A stretch of DNA of 64,000 nucleotides from an uncultured Gammaproteobacteria bacterium (lineage in GTDB: Bacteria > Patescibacteriota > Microgenomatia > UBA10105 > UBA927): the NCBI GenBank assembly GCA_964349125.1, contig CAYGFH010000003.1:17501-81500 (forward strand), given 5' to 3'. This document shows positions 51,909-61,489 of the stretch, piece after piece. The position numbers and the translations under genes were made by a program. A model generated the notes under the pieces. It was given only the letters and a program-made list of their open reading frames with translations, was not told where the DNA came from and searched no databases. The stretch's first letter is position 1, and the number at the start of each line of letters is the position of its first letter.

Positions 51909-52210
51909 TGCATCTCTGAAACCAAAACGTATACCTATCAGGGAATCATAGCATCTCAAAAAGAGCATTCATCAGCGTTGATTGGTGAACTTGCTGATCT
52001 GGATAATTATATGCACGATAATCCCGATTTGGTCACTCCCGATCTCGTAATGTTACAGGTACTGTCTATCCAAGCTACTAGCCTGCTGAACGCATTTTTA
52101 GATACTCTTCAAAAAAATGAAGACACAGCCTAAAAGCGAGAGGCGTAGCGAATTTGACGGCATAGGTCAATCATCAGTCAGTTCACCGGTGTTTTACCCA
52201 CACCCGTATA

Positions 52211-52972
52211 TCAGGGCACTAGCTCGAAGGTGACTGTGAGAGTCTTCGTGACCGTACCGGTTCCGGGTTCTATGCCGCCGCCACCTCCGCCACCGCCTTC
52301 CATTCTATATACAGGCATTGATTGATATCCTTCAATGACACTTGACACTGCGCCGAGCTTTTTATTCGATGCCCTGGCTATTTGAATTGCCTTGTCCTTT
52401 GCGTTTTTAAGTGCGGCATCGATAAGGGAATTTTCCGCTTCGCCCGTTTCATCAAGCACAAAGTTGGGCCCGTAGATATTTGTGGCACCACTCTTTGTGA
52501 GGATATCAGTCAAACCCTGAGCAGCATCCACATTGGTCAGTGTTATTTCGACAGTGTTATTCACCCTCCATTGCCCCTGGCGGACTTTCTGCCTGCCGTC
52601 TTCATAATACGTTTCTTCATTTTGGTAGACATTGAGATTTTGTGTTTTGATGTTATCGCTTGTCACACCAAATGTTTTTACCGCTTCGATGATTGCGGTT
52701 ACCTTTTTATTTACTTCGCTCATTGCGGTGTCCTTATTATCCGATATCGCATTTACACCTGCTGAGAAGGTAGCCTTTTGATTTTTTTGTTTTGTCTTGG
52801 CTTCTCCGACAACAGTGACGTAGTCTCCCTGGGAGAGCTTCACTTTTCCCCACAGGATATTTCTCCACGGAATAATATATGCAGCAACCATACAGGTCAT
52901 CCCAAGTATGATCGCGATCAGTACAATATCAAGTCTAGAATTTTTTGCGTCCATAGCTACCTCCACTTCCAT
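52211..52972 (-). CDS. SIMPL-domain (DUF541 / YggE-like) protein, membrane-anchored
   Basis: An N-terminal TM helix is followed by a SIMPL domain (...KTQNLNVYQNEETYYEDGRQKVRQGQW...). A C-terminal Gly-rich stretch is present. Confidence 0.65.
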   Translation of the reverse strand: MEVEVAMDAKNSRLDIVLIAIILGMTCMVAAYIIPWRNILWGKVKLSQGDYVTVVGEAKTKQKNQKATFSAGVNAISDNKDTAMSEVNKKVTAIIEAVKTFGVTSDNIKTQNLNVYQNEETYYEDGRQKVRQGQWRVNNTVEITLTNVDAAQGLTDILTKSGATNIYGPNFVLDETGEAENSLIDAALKNAKDKAIQIARASNKKLGAVSSVIEGYQSMPVYRMEGGGGGGGGIEPGTGTVTKTLTVTFELVP

Positions 52973-53076
52973 CGTATGAAGATTGCAGACCCTTTGTCAA
53001 TGACAATCTGGAGTGCCTCGGCGTCGATATCCTAAAAATTGCCAACCGTCACAAAATAAGAGAGAATACACTAGAT

Positions 53077-53946
53077 ATGATTCTTGATGGAAAACTGATA
53101 GCAGAGAGGATTCTCGATTCAATTGCGCGCTCGGTCACATCGCTTAGGGACAAAGGAATCACTCCCACGCTCAGTGTCATTTTGGTGGGGGACGATCCCG
53201 GATCATTGTCATACATAAAACAGAAGCAAAAAACAGCAGATAAAGTCGGTATACGCGTCATTTTCGAACATTTTTCCGATACGATAGCGCCAGATATTTT
53301 GGCATCCGCGATCGCACACTACAATGCGGATGATGAGGTACATGGGCTTATCATCCAACGACCTGTTCCTACATATATCGGAGATACGGGTGATATCCTA
53401 CAAACCGTCATCCCCGCTAAGGATGTTGACGGATTTCATCCACAATCACCGTTCCAGGTTCCTGTGGCGAAAGCGGTACTCACGCTTCTGTCCAGCGCGC
53501 ATTCAACACTTCTATCACAAGGATTGGTGCATGGCGAATTTCTACCGTGGCTTCAGGCTCAGAATATCTCGGTAGTCGGTAGGGGAGAGACGGCCGGTAA
53601 ACCAATAGCTAATGTACTAATGACATACAAGTGCTCCCCAACTGTCATACATTCCCGCACAGAACATCCCCAACAGATTCTAAAACAGTCGGATATCATT
53701 ATTAGCTGCGTGGGAAAACGCGAGGTCGTCAAAAAATCGTATATATCAAACGGAGCGATACTCATATCTGTAGGAATTTGGCGTGATGCAGATGGAAAAC
53801 TGCACGGGGATTATGAATCTGACGATATCGAACAGGTTGTCGCGTTTTACACACCCACACCCGGTGGCGTAGGCCCGGTAAATGTTGCATGCCTTATGCA
53901 AAATGTTCTGGAAGCCTGTATACTACAAAAAGATCTACATAAATAA
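53077..53946 (+). CDS. folD: Bifunctional 5,10-methylene-tetrahydrofolate dehydrogenase / cyclohydrolase
   Basis: MILDGKLIAERI...VVGRGETAGKPIANVLM...PGGVGPVNVACLMQN are FolD signatures. Confidence 0.9.
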   Translation: MILDGKLIAERILDSIARSVTSLRDKGITPTLSVILVGDDPGSLSYIKQKQKTADKVGIRVIFEHFSDTIAPDILASAIAHYNADDEVHGLIIQRPVPTYIGDTGDILQTVIPAKDVDGFHPQSPFQVPVAKAVLTLLSSAHSTLLSQGLVHGEFLPWLQAQNISVVGRGETAGKPIANVLMTYKCSPTVIHSRTEHPQQILKQSDIIISCVGKREVVKKSYISNGAILISVGIWRDADGKLHGDYESDDIEQVVAFYTPTPGGVGPVNVACLMQNVLEACILQKDLHK

Positions 53947-53963
53947 AGAAGGGGGAAACATCT

Positions 53964-54701
53964 ATGAAAGATATAAGCGGTGCAGTTATAGTTTTTTTCA
54001 TTGCGCTTTTTGCATTTATTAAACTCGCGGGACCAATTCCGCTTTCTATTTCGAGCGTTGTTACCAATAAAACAGATTCCTTTACCGTGACAGGCGAAGG
54101 AAAGGTATCACTCTCGCCGGATATCGCAAAGATCCAGGCTGGAGTCACAGCTCAAAGCTCATCGGTAAAACAGGCGCAGCAGGATATAAATAAAAAAATA
54201 AACGCAATATCAGACGCAATTAAAAAATTGGGCGTCGATACAAAAGATATTCAGACAGCACAATATTCGGTGCACCCGCAGTATGATTACCGTGACGGTA
54301 GACAGAAAATAACTGGATATGAAGCCGCCACCACATTATCCATAAAAGTGCGAGATATGGAAAAGGCAAATGATGTCATTGATGTGGCTACGGCAAACGG
54401 CGCAAATCAGATCGGTGGAATATCCTTCGATGTTGATGATCGTACAAAGGTGGAGAACGAAGCCCGTGCGAAAGCCGTGGAAGATGCCAAGAAGAAAGCC
54501 GAAATGGCAGCAAAAACAGCAGGATTCACGCTTGGGAGAGTTATTAACTATAACGAAAACACCGGTGGTGATATGAGACCCGTTCCTATGATGTACGCCA
54601 AGACTGAAATGGCAGGAGCAGCAGACCAAGTTGCATCAACAATAGAACCGGGAAGTCAGGATATCATGGTAACTGTGTCTCTCAGTTACGAAATACGATA
54701 A
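53964..54701 (+). CDS. SIMPL-domain (DUF541) protein, second paralog
   Basis: An N-terminal TM/signal is present, and ...TAQYSVHPQYDYRDGRQKITGYEA... parallels the paralog at 52211-52972. Confidence 0.65.
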   Translation: MKDISGAVIVFFIALFAFIKLAGPIPLSISSVVTNKTDSFTVTGEGKVSLSPDIAKIQAGVTAQSSSVKQAQQDINKKINAISDAIKKLGVDTKDIQTAQYSVHPQYDYRDGRQKITGYEAATTLSIKVRDMEKANDVIDVATANGANQIGGISFDVDDRTKVENEARAKAVEDAKKKAEMAAKTAGFTLGRVINYNENTGGDMRPVPMMYAKTEMAGAADQVASTIEPGSQDIMVTVSLSYEIR

Positions 54702-54743
54702 TCACAAAACCGAGAGCAGTACCTGTTTAGAGGAAACGGAAGG

Positions 54744-56033
54744 CTAACTTCGGATAAGTTTGTACCCGCGGGTTACAACGGTTTCGATGCTGTATGGGCT
54801 GGATTGAGACTTCAGTTTGCTTCGAAGTCTCGCTATGAGACGGTCAACCGCCCAATCTGATACACCCATCTCGTGGCTCTCAGGCCATACCGTATCAATT
54901 ATGGCTTCCCGTTCACAGAGTTGCCCGACATGAGATTCCAGGTAGCTAAATAATGCAAATTCTTTTTTGGTGAAGTCGCGTCCAAGCTGTGTGTTTCGTG
55001 AAAGTGAGTTCACATACGACGCAAACAATGGGCTAAAAAACGTGGGCTTACCGTCCGTACCCTGCACAATGCCGGTGTTCCACAGATACACCGCATGCTC
55101 TTTTTCCACGGTAGATATAGGACCACCTTTGTTTATTTGAATCACTATATCTTTCTCATGTTTTGTAAGGCTATCAAACAATTCCTCGGACTGGAATACA
55201 ATCTGCTCGTCCAATGGGAGTAATTCGATGAACGCGTCTTCAGACGCATCTCCAGCCTCTTCGTGCAGGCGTATGAGCGCATACTGCACAAACTGCACAT
55301 ACCCACCCGATACCTCCAGTATACGATCCAGCAACTTGGCAGATGGAGCTACATGATACTGTTCAATCAGTGTCTGTGCGACGATCTTCATATCGCCGTC
55401 AGTGGCAACAGGCAGATACATATCTTTGGTAAATACTGACAAAAATTGTTTTTTGAATATGGTTGGAGATAAGTCAGGAAGGGCTCGGTGGCTAGTAAAT
55501 ACATAGGATAGTTGTTGTTTTACTGAATCACGAAGACCTAACAGGTTACTGAAGAAATCCTGTGTGAACACTTCTGAGAGCCTGTCGAAGCGTATGAGAA
55601 ACAACGTCGGATACAATCCAGCCGCAATAATCGTTTCTATCACTTTCCGTACGCTATCAAGTGTAAAAAAATGATCCTTCAGCTGTATGCTTTGGACAAA
55701 CAATTTTCGGCATGCTTTCTTATCGGTCTCAGACAGACTGGAATGCTCAGCGGCATCAACAACCCGAGTCAGTAACAGTGTCCAAAACGCGCTTAAATTG
55801 CGCTCAATGAGATCATTTAAATCCACCTGCACAAATAATTGCGGTTGATTAGTCCGTATGTACGTGGATGGGACTTGTGGATGGTTGATGAAAAACCTGA
55901 GAAAATTACTGATACCCACACGTTTCATCCCGACGAGTACGACTGATTTCTGTTGCTGTATATAGTGTCCCAATTGTTCTGCTTCTTTTTTTCTGAATTC
56001 TATCGGATAGGTTGTTTCAGTCACCTGTTTCAT
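54744..56033 (-). CDS. Transcriptional regulator with an N-terminal AAA/ORC-like NTPase-like domain (degenerate Walker A) and a C-terminal OmpR/PhoB-type winged-helix DNA-binding domain
   Basis: The C-terminal LFSYLESHVGQLCEREAIIDTVWP...VDRLIARLRSKL...TVVTRGYKLI is a trans_reg_C domain. The N-terminal VVLVGMKRVGISNFL is P-loop-like but lacks GK[ST], and LFLIRFDRL is Walker B-like. Confidence 0.6.
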   Translation of the reverse strand: MKQVTETTYPIEFRKKEAEQLGHYIQQQKSVVLVGMKRVGISNFLRFFINHPQVPSTYIRTNQPQLFVQVDLNDLIERNLSAFWTLLLTRVVDAAEHSSLSETDKKACRKLFVQSIQLKDHFFTLDSVRKVIETIIAAGLYPTLFLIRFDRLSEVFTQDFFSNLLGLRDSVKQQLSYVFTSHRALPDLSPTIFKKQFLSVFTKDMYLPVATDGDMKIVAQTLIEQYHVAPSAKLLDRILEVSGGYVQFVQYALIRLHEEAGDASEDAFIELLPLDEQIVFQSEELFDSLTKHEKDIVIQINKGGPISTVEKEHAVYLWNTGIVQGTDGKPTFFSPLFASYVNSLSRNTQLGRDFTKKEFALFSYLESHVGQLCEREAIIDTVWPESHEMGVSDWAVDRLIARLRSKLKSQSSPYSIETVVTRGYKLIRS

Positions 56034-56294
56034 AGCCGTATTGTAGCATGATTTGCGTTTGACTCAAACGACACTCATGTTACCTACCATTCCACTCAAG
56101 ACACGTACCTTCTCGAGCCATATGATACTGATGTGTTCATGAAAATATTGTGATGTTCAGAATTTATCATTTTCACCTGATCGTGCCTGTTGTCAGATGG
56201 ATGTCAGAGAAAAAATACCTCTTAGTCAAGCGAGATGGGCTGTTGTAATCCACAATACAACATACACAGCTCCAGCTGTGAATTTTTTTGATAT

Positions 56295-58085
56295 ATGAGA
56301 AGCGCAGAATACGATCATTTGGGGAGTCTCGCAAACGCTCATAGCCAGGAAGGGCTCTGGAGCAATCGGGGGTTGCACCCTCGGGCACCGTTAGAGGATA
56401 TTTCGCACACTCCAGTACAAACGCTCCTTGATCAGGCACAATACAATGTATATGAAAGCATAAAAAGCCCTGAACACCTTCCTCCCAACGGTACTGTAGT
56501 GTATGTACGCACACATGAAACAGTTTCCGGAAGTAGGGTGAATATACCGGTTATACAAAGGTCGCATATACCTAAAATAGATCCCGAATCAATACAGAGG
56601 GCAAAAGACGCATTTGGACTTCATACTGACGCAGAATTTCAAGGGATATTGGATGAACGTGTGAGAATGAGATTGAATCATGTGGGACGATCTGAATTAG
56701 CTGAAAAACGCGGTGAAAAAACAGTTGCTGAGCTTATACATACAATAATGAATTTTGATCAAATATGGACCCATGATTTTGACGGAACACTGACTTATTC
56801 CAAAATTTTACGAACCAAAGAAGGCAAGCTTGACGTCAAAGAATATTATAGAAGAGGTGATATCCAAACGCTGATGAATCTTGATGCGATTATTGTGAAA
56901 TCTCTCTTGGGTATTCCGCAGCATATTTGTACAGGAAAAGGATGGAATTTTAGGATTGTGAAAGAGTATATGAGGGAACGAACCGCGCAACTCGCGGAAG
57001 CATTTGGCATGCAAAAACGCATGCATGACGGTGCGTTACAATCGCTTCTGGACAGAAATCGTGGTGTATTTCTTGCAATTTCTGTAGGCAACGGTGCTGA
57101 TACCGAAGAAATTATGAGGAATGAAAAGTTGGTACACAAAGTCTTACCAATTTCGGCTTGGGAGGGAATGGCTAAACATGCCGATTTGCTCAGGAAATCA
57201 ACGAAAAAAGAGAGAATTGAACAAATTGAAAGAGTTAAAGGCATTCATGGATATGTACCGTATAACGTTGAAGCGGATACGTATAAACCTGTTGATCCTA
57301 AAAAATGTACAAACGTTGTGCATCGGGTAATAAAGAAACCTTTGACTCAACGAAATTACAATAAACGTGAAATTTCGCCGAAGTTTACGGCAGAAGAAAC
57401 CGCTCACATCCAGAAGTTGCAACGCGCAGTTCAGGATCATGCGTTATTTGAGGAAGATCAGAATACAAAATGTAACTATGTCATTAATTTTGAAGCCATA
57501 ATAGCTAATCAGGATGGCATACAGGATGAATGGAAGAAGGCAACCGGTGTTACCATACGATCAGTAGATGATTTCATGAGGGCATTCAGACGATTATCAA
57601 AAGATTGGAATATAAAATCGTATGTCAATGAAGCGCATGGCACCATTTACGTTGATATTAACCCTCCACGCATGCATAAGGGAGTAAGCGCCAGACTGGT
57701 AAAGAATGCCGCGCAATTTTTTATGCGACGTGATCTCGAAAAAGCAGGAATATCCCCTAAAATGGCGCCAAAACTGATGACGTTTACAATGGCAGACGGA
57801 CATGTCATCGGTATACAGAATGACAGTGATCTGCTACACAGGACGCGGGGTGCTGTCGTAACCAAAAAGAAAGAACGATATCACAAACCTGATGCCAAGG
57901 GATACCCAGTATACTTGAGTGATATCCTGGGTATTGAGGATCCACTGACTCATGCGTACACGTATCTATATGACACAACACTGTTGAGTTGCCCGACCCC
58001 GATAGGAACTTTTGTTGAAGACGTGGTCCATAATCTGAATGATGAACATGTCAGAAATATGAAAAGATATAAGAGAAGAACATAA
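56295..58085 (+). CDS. Hypothetical 596 aa protein with a HAD-like DxDGT motif, first gene of the sugar-kinase / Leloir operon
   Basis: It has no TM segments. WTHDFDGTLTY at about residue 160 resembles HAD motif I, as in phosphomannomutase or cN-II type HADs. A possible motif IV-like SVGNGAD lies about 100 aa later. The rest has no recognisable family. Confidence 0.45.
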   Translation: MRSAEYDHLGSLANAHSQEGLWSNRGLHPRAPLEDISHTPVQTLLDQAQYNVYESIKSPEHLPPNGTVVYVRTHETVSGSRVNIPVIQRSHIPKIDPESIQRAKDAFGLHTDAEFQGILDERVRMRLNHVGRSELAEKRGEKTVAELIHTIMNFDQIWTHDFDGTLTYSKILRTKEGKLDVKEYYRRGDIQTLMNLDAIIVKSLLGIPQHICTGKGWNFRIVKEYMRERTAQLAEAFGMQKRMHDGALQSLLDRNRGVFLAISVGNGADTEEIMRNEKLVHKVLPISAWEGMAKHADLLRKSTKKERIEQIERVKGIHGYVPYNVEADTYKPVDPKKCTNVVHRVIKKPLTQRNYNKREISPKFTAEETAHIQKLQRAVQDHALFEEDQNTKCNYVINFEAIIANQDGIQDEWKKATGVTIRSVDDFMRAFRRLSKDWNIKSYVNEAHGTIYVDINPPRMHKGVSARLVKNAAQFFMRRDLEKAGISPKMAPKLMTFTMADGHVIGIQNDSDLLHRTRGAVVTKKKERYHKPDAKGYPVYLSDILGIEDPLTHAYTYLYDTTLLSCPTPIGTFVEDVVHNLNDEHVRNMKRYKRRT

Positions 58086-58092
58086 GTAACAA

Positions 58093-59196
58093 ATGATTGA
58101 CAAACTCATAGAGCAGAAGTACAGTGTGAACATTATGGATTTACAAACTATCACAAAAAACTTTGTACAAGAGCTTCAGGATGCCAACACTGGCAAAAAA
58201 ACCAGTCTGCCGTTTATAGTCCATGAAATTCCTGGGGCCTCAATCGTCCCTGAGGGGAAAACATTTCAGGTACTCAAAATCGGCGGATCGATACTCCAAA
58301 AATCCAGAGTCGTATCAGAGGGTGGAAAAACAATTATTAAAACATTGGAAGAAGAACAACTCCCCGTATTTACCACTAAAGATTTGTTTCTTTCTACGAT
58401 GGATAAACATATTGATCCGGATCTCGAATATCTCGCCCTCAATTTTGCATACCCGATGACACCTGTCATGCGAGATGGCGTACTGGACGGTATACTCACC
58501 AATGGAACAAAAGAGCATGCATTTCAGGGACTGGTTGGCCAAGCTGTGGGTGAAACCATAGAGTTATATATCCAGAGTAAGTACAATCGAAAGATTCGCG
58601 TGGCAGTTGCCAATGATACGATCTGCCTAACAATGGCGGGACTCAGTAAGTATCCTGCGACATCCATAGCAGGGGGAATTGTGGGAACGGGATTGAATTT
58701 TGCGTTTTTCCTCGACCATACGCATCTGGTCAACCTCGAAGCCGCAAATTTTGATAAATTTGAGCAGTCTGAAGAGGGCAAGCAAATCGATGCGCAGTCA
58801 CTCACACTCGGGAGATCCCTGTATGAAAAAGAAACCGCAGGGGGATACCTCTACTATCATCTCAATTTACTGCTGACCAAGAATCAGATTAAACACCCGT
58901 CTATAGAGAGTACAAAACAATTGGACCGGTTAGCCCGCGGAAATATCCAAAAGGTGTCGAAACTCGCCAGATCTCTATTTGAACATTCCGCGTCACTCAT
59001 AGCGTGTGAAGTGGCCGGCATAACAAATTATGCCAAGAGGGATATGACCTTTGTCATGGAGGGCAGTCTGTTTTGGGTCGGCTGGCACTATAAAGAAATG
59101 GTCGAAGAAAAGGTAAAACAGTTGACCCCCTATACGGTACAGTTCGAAGAGATAAAAGACTGTGGCATTATCGGGGCTGCAAAGCTCATTTCGTAA
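58093..59196 (+). CDS. Hexokinase-family (eukaryote-type actin-fold) sugar kinase
   Basis: AVANDTICLTMAG matches the hexokinase AIVNDTVGTL motif, GGIVGTGLNFAFF matches GIIVGTGTNACY, the C-terminal VMEGSLFWVGWHYKEM matches AVDGSVY..P, and GIIGAAKL is present. Confidence 0.75.
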   Translation: MIDKLIEQKYSVNIMDLQTITKNFVQELQDANTGKKTSLPFIVHEIPGASIVPEGKTFQVLKIGGSILQKSRVVSEGGKTIIKTLEEEQLPVFTTKDLFLSTMDKHIDPDLEYLALNFAYPMTPVMRDGVLDGILTNGTKEHAFQGLVGQAVGETIELYIQSKYNRKIRVAVANDTICLTMAGLSKYPATSIAGGIVGTGLNFAFFLDHTHLVNLEAANFDKFEQSEEGKQIDAQSLTLGRSLYEKETAGGYLYYHLNLLLTKNQIKHPSIESTKQLDRLARGNIQKVSKLARSLFEHSASLIACEVAGITNYAKRDMTFVMEGSLFWVGWHYKEMVEEKVKQLTPYTVQFEEIKDCGIIGAAKLIS

Positions 59197-59202
59197 GAAC
59201 GT

Positions 59203-60462
59203 ATGGACAAAGCCGTGCGACTACCTAACAAAGAATTCGATTTACCTTCGCGCATCACAAGAGAATCAGAGCATTTTGCCAACCTATTCGGGACACGTCC
59301 CACCGTCATCGCCAGAGCACCAGGCCGGGCGGAAATTCTGGGCTGTCATACTGATTACAATTGGGGATACGCCCTTGCTGCAGGGATCAACAAAAGCACG
59401 CTCACCTTTATGAGCAAGCGGGAGGATAACACCATCGCGCTGTTCTCGAACTCGTACCCTCAAAACACACCCGTGATCTTTTCTATAGATTCTCTGGTAC
59501 GGGATGAAGAACTGACATGGCCAAACTATAGTAAAGCGGTAGTTCGTGAGCTTCTTCGCAACCAGTACACAGTAGGAGGCGCAAATATCCTCATAGACAG
59601 TACCGTGCCAAAATCAGGAGGTGTATCCAGTTCCGCAGCGCTGGAACTTGCCATCGCTTATGGTCTTTTGGCACTCTATGATCAGGAAATTGATGTGACA
59701 AAGATCGCCCTGTTATGTAAAAATGCCGAAAACAGTGATCTGGTAAAAAGCCCGTGCGGTTTTCTGGATCAGGGAGCTTCGGCATATGCCAAAGATGACG
59801 GCATGGTATTTATGGATTTTTTGCCGTCCGGCACATCTCCGGTTTCTGCTATTGATGTTATACCTGCACAATTCTCTACATCCGCTTCGTTCGTAATACC
59901 TGTTGATCCCACGTTGGAGCGCCAATTGGGTGAATCCGGGTATGTGGTTCGAAGACAAATGTGTGAGGAGAGCTGGCCATTTTGGTCTCAGGTGCTCGGA
60001 CGCGAAATAAAAAGCTTACGTGACGTTTCGTACGATGAGTTCATGACACACCGGGATGCGCTCGAGAAACATAACCCGATCATGCGCATGCGTGTGGAAC
60101 ACATCATCACGGAAAATAAACGAGTGCTGGACGCTGTGGAGGCACTGAAACAAAAAGATATCGAGACATTTGGCAAACTCTTAACCGAAGCCGGAAGAAG
60201 CTCCCTCGAACTGTATCAGCTCGATGAAAACACACCACAACTCACATTTTTGGTTGAAAAAGGAAGGGATCTCCCCGGGGTGATCGGAATGCGCAATATG
60301 GGCGGCGGATTTTCTGCGATTGCACTCGCATTGGTCAAAGATGAGCAAATGAAGGAATTCCAATCCACGTTGTCCTCTCTGTATATGGCAGAGTTTGGAA
60401 GAACACTTGAGTTTATCGAGTTTACCCCAAGCCAAGGGGCTTCAGTACTCGTACAGCCATAG
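59203..60462 (+). CDS. galK: Galactokinase (GHMP kinase)
   Basis: ARAPGRAEILGCHTDYNWGYAL is the galactokinase signature, and PKSGGVSSSAALELA is GHMP motif II. Confidence 0.85.
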   Translation: MDKAVRLPNKEFDLPSRITRESEHFANLFGTRPTVIARAPGRAEILGCHTDYNWGYALAAGINKSTLTFMSKREDNTIALFSNSYPQNTPVIFSIDSLVRDEELTWPNYSKAVVRELLRNQYTVGGANILIDSTVPKSGGVSSSAALELAIAYGLLALYDQEIDVTKIALLCKNAENSDLVKSPCGFLDQGASAYAKDDGMVFMDFLPSGTSPVSAIDVIPAQFSTSASFVIPVDPTLERQLGESGYVVRRQMCEESWPFWSQVLGREIKSLRDVSYDEFMTHRDALEKHNPIMRMRVEHIITENKRVLDAVEALKQKDIETFGKLLTEAGRSSLELYQLDENTPQLTFLVEKGRDLPGVIGMRNMGGGFSAIALALVKDEQMKEFQSTLSSLYMAEFGRTLEFIEFTPSQGASVLVQP

Positions 60463-60469
60463 TGTAAGT

Positions 60470-61489
60470 ATGATAGATTTTACTAAACCTCACCGAAGAA
60501 GAAATCCATTGATAGGGGAGTGGGTATTGGTGTCTCCTCACCGGGCAAAGCGCCCCTGGCAGGGGAGTATAGAGCCCACACAACCAGCACAAGCACCAGA
60601 GTATATGGAGGACTGTTATCTGTGTCCTCACAATACCAGGTCAAACGGGGAGAAAAATCCTGACTACACCAAAACATTCGCGTTTACCAACGACCATGCT
60701 TCGTTGCTCCCTGACGCTCTAGGAGATTCTCCGGAAGATACCGATTTGCTATACGCAGTGCAGGAGCGGGGGCTCTGTCGTGTCATCTGTTACTCGCCAA
60801 AGCACAATACAACCATGGCGGATTTATCTGTGGATGAAATCAAAGAAATAGTCCTCACATGGAAAAATGAGTATGAAACCATCGGGAAAATGGATCAAAT
60901 ATCCTATGTTCAAATATTTGAAAACAAAGGCCCTCTTATGGGAGCAAGCAGCCCCCACCCACATGGACAAATATGGGCAAACGAACACTTGCCGACGATT
61001 GTCCAAAAAGAACAACAGCATCAATTGGCATATAACCGGGAACATTCATCTCCGTTGCTCCTTGCATATGTACAGAGGGAACTGGAGAAACAGGAACGAC
61101 TTGTCATTGAAAATGAAGCATTTGCAGTCGTGGTACCGTTTTGGGCAACATGGCCATATGAGACGATGGTCTTACCAAAACGGCATATCCGATCCCTGAG
61201 CGATATGAGAAGTACAGAGCACACCCAGCTTGCGGACATATTAAAACGGCTCACATCCCGCTATGATAAGCTTTTTTCCACACCATTTCCGTACTCAATG
61301 GGCATCCACCAAAAACCAACGGATAGAGAAGAACATCCCGAATGGCAATTCCATATGCACTTTTACCCGCCGCTCCTTCGAAGTAGTACAATAAAAAAGT
61401 ATTATGTAGGGTACGAAATGATGGCTGAAGGACAACGGGACATATCGCCTGAGTCAGCAGCAAAAACGTTACAGGAGATCCATGACTGA
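60470..61489 (+). CDS. galT: Galactose-1-phosphate uridylyltransferase
   Basis: RRNPLIGEWVLVSPHRAKRPWQG, the CxxC zinc site (CYLCP), and the HPHGQIWA HxHxQ active site are present. The start is taken at the ATG at 60470, after the galK stop. Confidence 0.85.
   Translation: MIDFTKPHRRRNPLIGEWVLVSPHRAKRPWQGSIEPTQPAQAPEYMEDCYLCPHNTRSNGEKNPDYTKTFAFTNDHASLLPDALGDSPEDTDLLYAVQERGLCRVICYSPKHNTTMADLSVDEIKEIVLTWKNEYETIGKMDQISYVQIFENKGPLMGASSPHPHGQIWANEHLPTIVQKEQQHQLAYNREHSSPLLLAYVQRELEKQERLVIENEAFAVVVPFWATWPYETMVLPKRHIRSLSDMRSTEHTQLADILKRLTSRYDKLFSTPFPYSMGIHQKPTDREEHPEWQFHMHFYPPLLRSSTIKKYYVGYEMMAEGQRDISPESAAKTLQEIHD

Noticed and set aside
52011-52133. 40 aa ORF (MHDNPDLVTPDLVMLQVLSIQATSLLNAFLDTLQKNEDTA) in the 300 nt gap after gyrA
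   Set aside because: It has no Shine-Dalgarno sequence and no hydrophobic or recognisable features. The gap is more likely a 3' UTR or terminator region between convergent genes.
56173-56514. 113 aa minus-strand ORF in the divergent promoter region between the regulator and the 596 aa gene
   Set aside because: It overlaps the 5' end of the 596 aa gene antisense, is Cys-rich and low-complexity, and has no RBS. It is probably spurious.
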